A stretch of DNA of 63,859 nucleotides, counting the filler, from Atractiella rhizophila (lineage: Eukaryota): the NCBI GenBank assembly GCA_021432655.1. It is 9 parts of 9 records of this genome, joined end to end, with 100 filler letters (N's around TTAATTAATTAA, not from the genome) between each part and the next. Parts side by side here need not be neighbours in the genome. Positions count along the whole stretch, not along the records: positions 1 to 8,212 come from MU272164.1; positions 8,313 to 16,517 come from MU272165.1; 7 more parts are not named here. One strand, given 5' to 3'. This document shows, in pieces, positions 1-10,600 of this stretch. Every line of letters begins with the position of its first letter. The first letter of the stretch is position 1. The position numbers and the translations under genes were made by a program. Below the pieces are notes generated by a model. It saw only the letters and a list, made by a program, of their open reading frames with translations. It searched no databases and was not told the DNA's origin.

Positions 1-1996
1 CCTGGTCTCGCTGAGAAGAGACCATCAGTCCTCATTGGCGATACCATTCGAGTCCGGCCGACTAAGGACAGTGGAAGATGGTTCGAAGGCTATGTCCACA
101 CAGTCGAGCTTTCGCAGGTTGGATTGCGCTTCGACTCCAGGTTCCAACCCATCAAGTGCGTTCTCCACAACCAAAGGCTAATCGGGCAGGGCTAAGGATA
201 GTATAGGAACACCAAATTCGACGTCCGCTTTACAGTCTCCAGACTCCCGATGAGAAGAATGCATCAAGCCATGGATGTCGCTATCGATGGTTCCATCTCC
301 TCCCATCTCTTCCCCGCCTCGCTTCCCTGGTCCATGCCTTTCTTGGAGGATGAAGACATCGAGGAATTCCAAACTTTCGACAGGAAGATGGCGAACAACA
401 AAGCCCAGAAAACGGCTGTTCTCTCGATTCTCGAGAATACCGATAATGCATTCCCAATCAAAATCATCTTTGGTTAGTCACTCTGAACTCGCCACACTGC
501 CCTTTCTCATCTCAACTGGCCCCAGGTCCATTTGGTACAGGAAAGACGTCAACCATGGTCGAAGCTGCGCGGCAACTCTTGAAAAGGAAGAGTGCAAAAC
601 TTCTCCTCTGCGCTCCCTCAAATGCGGCCAGTGACATCTTAGCCGAACGCCTAGCGCTTCATCTGAACAAGAGCGAAATCTTAAGGTTGAACGCTCCATC
701 CCGCGTCGACCTTGGAATCCCAGAAGTAGTCCGGAGCATTTCTCGCAAAGCAAACGGATTCTTCTGCGTTCCTCCGTTAGCTGAGTTGGAGAACTTCAGA
801 GTAGTCGTCTGCACTCTGTGCAGCGCTTCAGTTCTTTATGGAATCGGGCTTAAGGCTGGACATTTTTCGCATATCATGGTCGACGAAGCTGGGCAGGGAT
901 TGGAACCAGAGTGTCTCATCCCCATAACGGAATTCTACCAACCTGGAAGGGTTCAAATCGTTCTCGCTGGAGACCCGCAACAGTTGGGTCCAATTATACG
1001 AAGCAAGCACGCTGGTGATTATGGGCTTGGAAGAAGCCTGTTAGAACGACTGATGAGCCAAGAGACCTTTGATTACACCAGGTTCAATGGAAAAACTGTC
1101 GTCAAGCTCATCCAGAACTACAGGAACCATTCTTCTATCCTCAAATTCCCCAATGAGCGATTCTACGCTTCAGAACTCGTTGAATGCGCTGATCCAACAG
1201 TCACGCAAAGCCTACTTCGATTCAGCGACATTCCCAAACCCAACTCGCAGTTTCCGGTAATTTTCCATTCCGTCAAAGGGAAGGACGAGAGGGAGGCGTC
1301 ATCTCCATCCTTCTTTAATATACCGGAGGTCACCCTGGTGAAGAAATATGCGTCCGCTTTATTAGAGGACAAAAAGTTGAGGCTGCTCCCGGAGCAAATC
1401 GGAGTTATTTCGCCATATCATGGGCAAGTGCAAAAGATTAGGAAAAGCTTTGCAGGAAAAGGAGAATTAAAGAAAATTAAGGTGGGATCGACGGAGGAAT
1501 TTCAGGGCCAGGTAACTTTTTGTCGTCCCTTTGTCTTCTAGATCCTCGAGCTGAAAGGATTGGTTGTCACAGGAACGGCGAGCGATCATAATCTCAACTG
1601 TCAGGAGCAATGCGGAGTATCTGAAAGAAGATAAGATGTTCTCTCTGGGGTTCCTCTCCAATCCAAAGCGATTCAATGGTTGGTTTGTCTTCTTTCGCGT
1701 CACAATCGACTAATGAGAGCACAGTCGCGATCACTCGTGCCCAAGCCCTTCTGGTCATTATCGGAGATCCAAATGTCCTCTCACTTGATCCGCTCTGGAA
1801 AGGCTTCCTCAGCTACATCTACAACAATGGTGGATGGACCGGGAGACCGGATCCCGAATGGGATGTGAATGAGGATGGTGTTGAGGAAGTTGGGAGCTTT
1901 GAGTTTGGAGAAATGGAGAGAGCTATCAAGATGTTGGAGGATGAAGATGCGGATGAAGAAGCTTCAGCTCAACGACCTTGGAACAGGGAAGAGTAG
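1..1996 (+). CDS. MOV10/SDE3/Armitage-like SF1 (Upf1-like) RNA helicase, 3' part, multi-exon
   Basis: Spliced Walker A IIFG-PFGTGKT (intron ~472-526), CAPSNAASD, DEAGQ, LAGDPQQLGP, NYRNH, REASSPSFFN, EEFQGQE, RFN-VAITRA; stop at 1996; 5' end outside window. Confidence 0.88.
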
Positions 1997-2080
1997 GCGC
2001 TACTTTGCTTGAATAATCAGTGTGAATTCTACAAAATACTCTTGATTTTACAAACAGTAGTACTGCAACGCAATGCATGA

Positions 2081-2962
2081 TCATGTCGTTTTACTCACTC
2101 CGGACGGCGATGGCGGCCAATAGTTACCTTGCTTGTCCACAACTTTAGCGAAAAACCTGGGATCTAAACGCCCTTCCTTCCTGCCATCTTCGACGTCTAT
2201 GGGCTCGCCGTCCGTGAGGATGACATTGTTTTGCGACCGGAAAAATTTGATGCCTGCCTCGAGGGCCAGGGGAACATTGATGTAGATGAAGAGATCACAG
2301 TTGGCACGAACGCCTGAGCTCCAGTTTAGAAGAAATATACCAGAGATGGCGAAGGACAAACCACTGATGACGCCTTCTTCTCCAGGCAGACCAACAGCTA
2401 GATGCAGATGATTCCTAGTCATCGTTCTCAATCCTTCTTTCTCTAACTCAAGAAAAATGTGAGACGGCATAGCTTGACAGAGCCAAAACAACCTATAGAT
2501 TTCCAGAACCTCTTATAAGTGCCATGAAGGCAAGTTGGCAAATCTTCAGCGGAGAGAATAGGCGTGAGCTCCAAGGCAGCGACGTCGATGGAGTGTCCTT
2601 GATTAGCTCGAATCAGAAGCACCTCAGGTTTTTCAGGGTCTGATCCTGGCTCAGATATCATCGTGAACCGTTGTTTCGCGTTCGAGTCCACGATTGAACG
2701 TAACAGAGGAACGTCCACTTTGAGTGACTTGAATCGTTGCAGCCTGAGCTACAATTTGCACATTAGACCTCACCGCTTCGATCGCTCGTAAAACATATAT
2801 ACGCACCAAATCTTCAACTCGAACAAATCCGTCATTACGCATCTCTAGCCCAAGCTTAGTTGCTTCATGCCTGAGAACTCTTGATAGAGCTTTGGAAACA
2901 ACGACTTCTGGATTTTCGGAAGGACGGCCTTTCCCTTGCTTTTTCGGCGCTTGAGATGCCAT
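2081..2962 (-). CDS. TPT1: tRNA 2'-phosphotransferase (Tpt1/KptA)
   Basis: Exons give SKALSRVLRH, KQRF, IRANQGHS, CLHGT, RNHLHLA, FFRSQNNVILT; ATG at 2962 (MASQAPKK). Confidence 0.93.
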
Positions 2963-3246
2963 TTTTATGCTTGATTTGAGGCGAACCTGGGTGGCAAGAG
3001 TCGATCTGACGCTCAAATTGAGCACAAGTCGATTCATACAAAAATGATCACGTGCTCCTGAGCGGGCAAAATGTCCGGAAAGCCGGCGGACGGGGATGAG
3101 AGAGCAAGCAAAGCCTGGTCCGGAAACTCGTGCCAACTCGACTTACTCAAAGAGGCTGGCTCAGGAGACCAGCAGTGGTCAGGGCAGAGCAAGGGATTGC
3201 GGGAAGATACCACAGACAGACTTATGGAAGAGCTGATCCAGTGATC

Positions 3247-6200
3247 ATGCCGAGTTCCATACCCTCCAGCGCAATAGCTGGCTGCCTGCAGCTGGCAAGG
3301 GGCATTTACAGCGTCAGGAGTCGCTGGAAAGACAACAAACGGCTGTCAGGTGTGTAAACGTTATGGCCGTTGTCTGATATGCTGAAGCATGGCGTGTAGA
3401 TGCCCTCATCAAGTTCGCTCAAAACTTGGAGGCAGTACGTGCGACCATTTCGAGCGAAATGTCATACGAGCAATGAACATGCCACGTACAGGCACTCTTT
3501 CGATTGAAGGCTCGGGAAGGCAGACTTACCGGTGCTAAGTCCAATGTTGCGCTCGGTACGTGTACAACATAGGATGTGTGCTGCTACTTATCTGACGGTT
3601 CAACAGACTCCATTTCCCGCGAATTCGAAAATGTTCGCAATCTGCTCCAATCAAACGAAGAAAGTGGGTTCATCCAAAAACTCATCACCATATTCTTACA
3701 ATCATTTTGGTAGACTTGAAGAGCGCATGGAACGCGAACGAAGCTGCCAATTGGTTGCAAGCCTTGGATGACCGTGCCTTCAAAAGCTTTGCATCCAAGT
3801 TTAGTGTGGCCCTCTTTGAGTCCGTTCAAGGTCAGCTCTTCACAGCTTGCTTCACTTCATAGGTCCTCGTAACTTAAGTGGCCTACAGGCAATCGACGAC
3901 AGCACCACGATATCCAGAAATGGCTTGATAGTCTGGAAGCCAACGCGTCAAATGAGCCGCAACTCATTGAGAATATTGTGCAGCACACGTCATCACAACA
4001 ACTTCGCGAGATCATATTCCTTCTGCGGGAGGAGCGAGAGGCGTCGAGAAGTCAACCTAATGCATCAGTTCCCTCGCAAAACCTAAACTCCACGGTATCT
4101 CCAATGTGGTCTCCGGAGCTTTCATCCCAATCCTCCTATTTTCGTGATGATATGCTAGTTTCGATCAGCGGTGACGGACCAACCGGAAAGACCGCAACGA
4201 CCAACGTCTTATTTGCGACTCAAGAAGTCGAGAGGACCATTGCTCCCCTTCTAGATCAAATTACGGCCAGTCAGCAACAGAAAGAGGACTCGCTCCAACG
4301 TCAATTGTCCAACATGAGCATCCCGAATGGCGTCCCAGTCATCAGGCCTCCATCTCGCCAACCCTCTCCACAACCTCCACAGTCCACCTCACATCTTCCC
4401 CCTTCCAGTCCTTCTCGAAGCCCTGGTCCCACTTCACCACCGCAAATGGCTACTCGGCAATTACCACCTCACCCTCCAGCTCATTCTAACAGTTTTCCTA
4501 CTGGACCACGACCACCGAAAGGCAACGCTGGAATGTTTGTTAACACAACACATTTGCCTAGCCCGAAACAGAGCAACTCTACGAGGACTTCTCCAGCGTC
4601 ACCTTGCCAGTCCGTCCTGAAGTCCGGGTCCGTTCCGGGACACCCTCCGTCGGACAGAAACGAAACGACCAAGCCAAGGTCACCGAATCTCACAAAGTCT
4701 CCCAGCATGCAGAATGTGCCTACAACCTATGATAAAGGGAAAGGAAGAGCCAACGACACCCCACATCTTAACGTGAATATACCACCAGTCCACAGCTGGA
4801 GCGGAGGGGCGGTCCCTGGGGGGATGATTGGGTTCAATGCAGTGGGTGTGTCCTTCACCCTAATACTTTCCGGATAGATTGCTGACGGTTCAAATAACAG
4901 ATCCTGTTAGTGAGTGCAGACCGGCCAACCTCGTATGGTAAGACTCATGTGTACATGTCAGCGAAATTCGAGATTGTAGATCCAGTGCTAGGAAGGTACG
5001 GTATGGGTCACATACTTCCTTCTTTTGCTTAGACTTGTCTGAATCTACAGTGATGGTTTGATTCATGATCGCTGGACGCTCATCATCAATCCACACCAAC
5101 CGAACTCTCGCGACCCTACCGAGACACTGCGCATCGTGGGGGACGTTGTCCAGCTTAGGGAGGCAATCTTCAAAACCTTCCCCGAGCGACAGGTAGAGTG
5201 TGAGATCAGGAGGAGCGGTTATCGCGACGTATTTTTACTGTCCTTCAAGCACGCCTACCAAAGCTGACAGAGTTGAATTGCAGAGGGCCCTGGAACTGAT
5301 CGCGACCAAGGGACATCTCTACCTCCGAGAGATCCTCACCCATCTCGACAATGTCCTCCTTTGGGATCCTACGTCCGTCCGCCTGCTTCTTCATCGCGCT
5401 ATAGTCCGTATCCGCCTTCGAGAACTCGAAGGTGCTTTAGCGGATCTTAACAAAGTTGTGGCCATCACAAAGCCTTCGTCACCGTCGTCTCCCCCATTGC
5501 AGGGATATTTCGATGCTCTACGCTTCCGCGCTGTCGTTAAGGAGGAAATCAGAGACCTTGCCGGCGCGGAGAAAGACCTTTCTGAAATCTTTAGCAGCAA
5601 TCCTAACGATGACTTCCTGGCTATCAGCTTGAGTGCTGGTCTCAAAGCCAACCGAGGGGATTTTGACGGCGCGGAGGCCGCTCTTGAGAAATCCAAGGGA
5701 GCCGAAGCCAGGGAGATTGCACATGCGACTGAATTCCAAGCGCAGAATAGAGACCTCGCTTACCTGGCGAGAGGATGGGCGTATTCAAGTGTGAGCTCCT
5801 TTCTAGCGCGAAGTCCAGAGTATGAACCGACAGTGCGTTCTCGGATAAGGTAGGAAACTTTGCCGCTGCACTGGACGACTTTGGTCTCTCTCTCTCGCTT
5901 CGTCCGACTCCAGAGCCTTACACTCTGGCGTCTCGCGGTTTGGCTTTGATCAACACTGGACGTCCAGATGAAGGGATGGCAGATATTGAAGCAGCGATCA
6001 AGGACGTATTGCAGTATGAAGCGAAGCAATCCGAGAGTGCCGAGCGAAAACTAGCTCCTGGATATCAAGAAGATAAGATCCCTATACATGCTTATGGTCC
6101 TTTCTTTCTCAGAGGTTTGCATTTCATTATACTTCAACGGGTCACAGTGGTTGATCATACCTTGATTAGGACTGGCAAAGTACAGTTACCAAGATCACAG

Positions 6201-6453
6201 AAAGGCCCTTGACGACCTTGAAATGGCCGTCAAGCTTAGACCGGCAATTATCAAAGACACGGGGGAGTTTCGGTAAGGGCTGTTACTCCTGCTGGACATT
6301 CCAAGCTGAAATGTATTCAGGTTCGTGCTAGCCTGTCTGCGAGCAGAAACAGGTGACTATGCAGCGAGCACTAGAGACTTTGATATGGCTATGGCATTGA
6401 AGCCTGAAGAAAGGGAGAACTACATGCAAACACGAATGCAATACGGAGTTTGA
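3247..6453 (+). CDS. MLKL/HeLo-like N-terminal helical domain + Pro/Ser-rich linker + U-box-like domain + TPR repeats
   Basis: Hand-spliced: MPSSIPSSAIAGCLQLARGIYSVRSRWKDNKRLSDALIKFAQNLEAALFRL...LDSISREFENVRNLLQSNEENLKSAWNANEAANWLQALDDR; linker ~4050-4840; DPVTKFEIVDPVLGSDGLIHDRWTL...DPTETL...LREAI; TPR-like units (LLHRAIVRIRLRELEGALADLNKVV, ALRFRAVVKEEIRDLAGAEKDL, AYLARGWAY); stop TGA 6451-6453. Confidence 0.75.
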
Positions 6454-6489
6454 CTCATCCACTACTTGATGCACTGTTGCACTGATATC

Positions 6490-7233
6490 TCAAGCGACCC
6501 TTTGGATCCTTTCCACTTCATGCATCCAAGCACGGTACTCAGCTCCCCACCCTCCGATCCTCCTTCTTTTCCCTCCAACTTCAACTCCATCCACCATCAA
6601 TTTGTCGCCTTCCGTCTTCCTGAGGGCCCAATGACGTGCAAGCGACCAGTATAAAATGCTCCTGCGAGAGAAAAGGACCATGGGTATCGATTCGGTGCAG
6701 CCTTCTTTACAAGGAGGGGTGATTCGAAGGATTCTTCTTAGCGTCCTCATAAGTATTCGAGGAAAGTAGAGAAGCAGAGGGGGATCAAGCCCTGTTTGTA
6801 ACGACTGAGCGAAGCACTATTGTCAGCAAAAAGACTTACAAATCACGTCCGTCGATTCGTCTTCTAGCACAGTCCCAATCCTCGCTTGATAATTTCTCGA
6901 TTCGAGAAATCAGCTACAGGAACTAGGAAAGGGGGTGGTACCCATCCACAATCCAACCTCTCTCACTCTTTCTCGTCACCTCAAGGACCTTCTCCTTAAA
7001 CTCGTCGTTCGACCTATGATTCCATCCGGGCAACCAGAAGAATTCATCAAGATGCAAGATCGGAAGGTCGAGGATGCTGGCCAGACGATCGCCAAGTGTA
7101 CTGTCCTCATTCTTTTGATTCGCTCGACGAATTTGTTGGAAGGAGGTAATCACCTCTTCCCTACCCCACAGTTCCCCAAGATCACCACCCTATATCGACC
7201 TTGACCGTCGCCCTTCAGAGCAGGAACCACCAT
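6490..7233 (-). CDS. FlaR / adenylate-kinase-like P-loop protein, 4 exons
   Basis: MVVPALKGDGQGRYRVVILGNCGVGK-STL, ILHLDEFFWLPGW, WIVDG-NY, VIWLDPP, RTLRR; stop at 6490. Confidence 0.85.
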
Positions 7234-8002
7234 GTCTGGCTGAAGAACCGATCCTGAGAGGAAATACAGGAAAACGGAAAGCAGAAAGGCAAAGACGGAG
7301 AGAAGTTGTTGACATCAATTTTGTTGTGGTCGTTGTTGACAAGTTCTCTTGATTCAGCTTGATTGAAATACATATTCCCCGTTCAACCTGGTTCAATGAA
7401 TCTGACATTTTCATTCATGACGATCGAACTGAATCAGAATCAATCCAGTCAGCAATTTAATCTTCTTCCAAGAGAGCACTGCCTGCCGCGCACGTGATTT
7501 CCAACAAAGAAGGACGAGTGTTATTTCTTAGGGCTTGTAGATCCATGCAATACGTTCAATATCAATGTAAAGTGCTAAATCAAGGAAACAAGACGAGGTT
7601 GTTGATTCTGTCCAGCAGCAACTTGAATACAGAATGCAATAGTCATTCGGAAGGAAAACGAAGGACGCAACAACTTGAAACAAAATCTGGGTTCCGTAAA
7701 TGTTTCACGAAGACCTATCTCTCAGTACACCAATACCATCATAATCCAAGCTGATCCAAAGCAAAATATGTAAGGCCATCGTAATACACGCGCTCTTTCT
7801 CAAAGCAATGATCAAGACATCCTCGAACCGGAACAGTGGCAAAAGGAAGGCGGTGTAAGCCAGACGGAGGCTGGGCGCGTTAGGTGCCGATTGACTCGTT
7901 TCCTCTTCACTGTCAAAAGGCTCAACTCGTGTGCAAACACTCTTCCGTCCTCGTCTTGTCCACTTCCGAACAACCTCGAATCTTTTCCCGAGTGACTTAA
8001 CC

Positions 8003-8212
8003 ATGATCCCTCCATTGAAAGGTGACGGTCAAGGTCGATATCGGGTATTGATTCAGGGAAATTCAGGGGTAGGAAAGAGGTGACTTCCCAAAAAATTTTT
8101 GGAGGATAAACGAGATGCAGAAAGGGTGACTGTGATTTGCGGCCAGCACACTCGCTGATCGTCTCTCTGCCCTACTCAATCTACCAGTTTTACACCTTGA
8201 CGAGTACTTCTG
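8003..8212 (+). CDS. Second FlaR/adenylate-kinase-like paralog, 5' part, truncated by gap
   Basis: MIPPLKGDGQGRYRVLIQGNSGVGK-STLADRLSALLNLPVLHLDEYF; same first-intron position as the 6490-7233 copy. Confidence 0.85.
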
Positions 8213-8312
8213 NNNNNNNNNNNNNNNNNNNNNNNNNNNNNNNNNNNNNNNNNNNNTTAATTAATTAANNNNNNNNNNNNNNNNNNNNNNNNNNNNNNNN
8301 NNNNNNNNNNNN
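8213..8312. other. Artificial contig spacer (44N-TTAATTAATTAA-44N); identical copies at 16518-16617, 24772-24871, 33016-33115, 41258-41357, 49476-49575, 57683-57782, 61351-61450
   Basis: Identical 100-nt structure eight times; the 12-mer puts stops in all six frames; genes are cut off at these points. Confidence 0.98.
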
Positions 8313-9046
8313 GAGAACGAGCCATGAGAGGAAGAAAACGTGAGTTCCCAGGGGATTTGTGCTTATTCTTTTCATCATAGCACTACGAAGCGTCTTATCT
8401 TATCCGTCCACTCCGTCAACCAATGTGCACAATCTCACTATGTTTAGCCATCCTAGAATGGTGCAATTATTGTTGAGCAAACACTGGAAGATCTCTTGGA
8501 GTGGTCTCATTTTGGATGAGGAAGAACTCGATCATCATTACCTCGGTTAGGCGCTTCTGGAATAGTGAGGTATTCACTGGAGTACTCAGGCCCATTCCAA
8601 CTCTGCACGGGACGCTCAGAATTCTCTGTACCGAGCAGTTTTGGTCAGCCACCGAAAATTCAACTTTCTTTGGAAACTTCGTCCTGCCTTCATCCTATGC
8701 CTCCTATGCCCATGAGGCGGCTGTTTTGACGCCATGTAGCAAAGCTTTGAGCAGCTGCTCTTCACTTTATTCTTTATTTGCTCTTTTCCCCTGTCATTTA
8801 TATTCTGCACTATGTGCTTTGGGCCAAGCTCTTCGAGTGCTGGAGCTCCAGTTCACCAAAAGCAAGGTGCTGTCCCTGCACGTGTTTCATTACCGACACG
8901 GTAGGCACGTTAGGTGATGTTAGTTGACGTCACTTGCTCTTAGGCGACGTTATAAAAGTCTGCTCTGCCGCTCAGTCTCTCCCTTCTCTCCACCCAAAAC
9001 TTGAAACCCTCATACTACAGTCGTCAGTTCACAAAATAAAGCCAAA

Positions 9047-10402
9047 ATGTCACAAGCAGGTTCAGGCGGTGCCTTCAAAGCAGACCCGATCACTAAGCAG
9101 CAACAGAATTTGCCTGGGTACAACTTGAAGCCTCTACTCCTGCTTTTTCGCAACAGTGCTGACGCAGACCCGTTATAGGTCGGAGAAAGATATGAACCCC
9201 ACTTCAGAAAGCTCAAAGCTGGAAGGAGAGGGTGGATTTGTGGAATACCAAGGAGTGGGAAAGCTGAAGAACAAGAAAGTCATCATTACTGGTTAGTTGT
9301 TCCCTGCGTCTTTTCTGGATGGGACTGAACCGATTTCTGTTCGGGGTGGCAGGCGGAGATTCTGGAATAGGACGTGCGGTGGCGAAACTCTTCGCTCGTG
9401 AAGGAGCAGACATGACGATTGTGTATCTACCTCAAGAAGAGAAGGATGCCCAGCAAACGAAGAAAATGGTTGAGGATGAGGGCCGCTCTTGTCTCACCCT
9501 CGCCTACGATTTGGAAGTTCGTCATCCATTTGCACGCCAATTTCAGGCCTTGACTTCCATGGCGGCTAGAACTATGACAATTGCAAGAAGGCAGTTGATC
9601 AACACATTCAGAAGTTTGGTGCTCTGGATATTCTGATCAACAACGCGTCCAAACAGACAATGGAGGAGAATTTTGAAAATATCGACCTTAGTTAGTTGCC
9701 CCTGTCATTTTTGCCCGTGTAACTATCACTGATGGGAATGAATGCACAGGCATAGTAGAATCCACGTTTAGGAGCAATGTCATCCAGATGTTCGCAATGA
9801 CAAAATACGCGCTTCCACATCTCAAGAAAGGGTCCAGCATGTGAGCCCCGCTTCTCTTCTCTTCTTCAGCTTTTTAAAAGGACTCAAACAGTATCAATAC
9901 CACCTCCACTGTTGCTTTCCGTGGTTCTGGGAACATGGTCGACTACACGGCAACAAAGGTTTGTCCTCTCTTCTCAGCTCCAGCACAATTTGTCACCTCA
10001 ATGTGGTACTTATCGCTGTTTAGGGAGCGATCTATTCAATGACCAAAGCCCTCGCCGCTCAACTCATGCCCAAAGGCATTCGCGTGAACGCCGTAGCGCC
10101 AGGTCCAGTGCACACTCCTTTACAGCCAGCGAGTAGGCCGGCGGAGGAGATGGAACAGTTTGGTAAGGAAAGTGGTTTGGGAAGACGTGAGTCCGCCGCT
10201 CTGTTTCTATGTGCACATATTTAAAGGTCATTGGTCGAATGAACAGCGGGTCAGCCAAGCGAGATTGCGCCAAGCTTCGTCCTCTTAGCCAGTGCGGAAG
10301 GAGCACTCTATACTGGTCAGTCTTCACATTAATCGTTGAGAGTCAAATTCTGATGGGTATGCAATAGGACAAGTGTTGCATGCGTATCCTATGGGAGATT
10401 AA
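9047..10402 (+). CDS. Classical short-chain dehydrogenase/reductase (glucose/ribitol dehydrogenase, YdaD-like), multi-exon
   Basis: [60 protein letters not shown]; stop TAA 10400-10402. Confidence 0.92.
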
Positions 10403-10600
10403 AGAGGTTGATTGGCTCCCGAATCTCCAAGGGTCAAAACGTTAAAAACTCAAACTGTCCAACCAGTGATGTGAAAAGTCTTCATGTGAAATAGAAATCC
10501 GGCGTACAAGCGCCCCTAATGTCATTTTTGTCCTTCAACCTGACGCACACGGTCAATGACAAGAGCAGAGAAACTGTGCATTCCATTTTGATGTGAAGTC

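Noticed and set aside
4480..4845. Possible amyloid signalling motif (HET-s/RHIM-like) in the linker of the MLKL-like gene
   Set aside because: The linker is Pro-rich, with no convincing repeated N/Q/G beta-arch pseudo-repeat
8257..8268. Recurrent TTAATTAATTAA palindrome about every 8.2 kb as a biological repeat or recombination site
   Set aside because: Always centred in exactly 44+44 N; it is a six-frame-stop assembly linker
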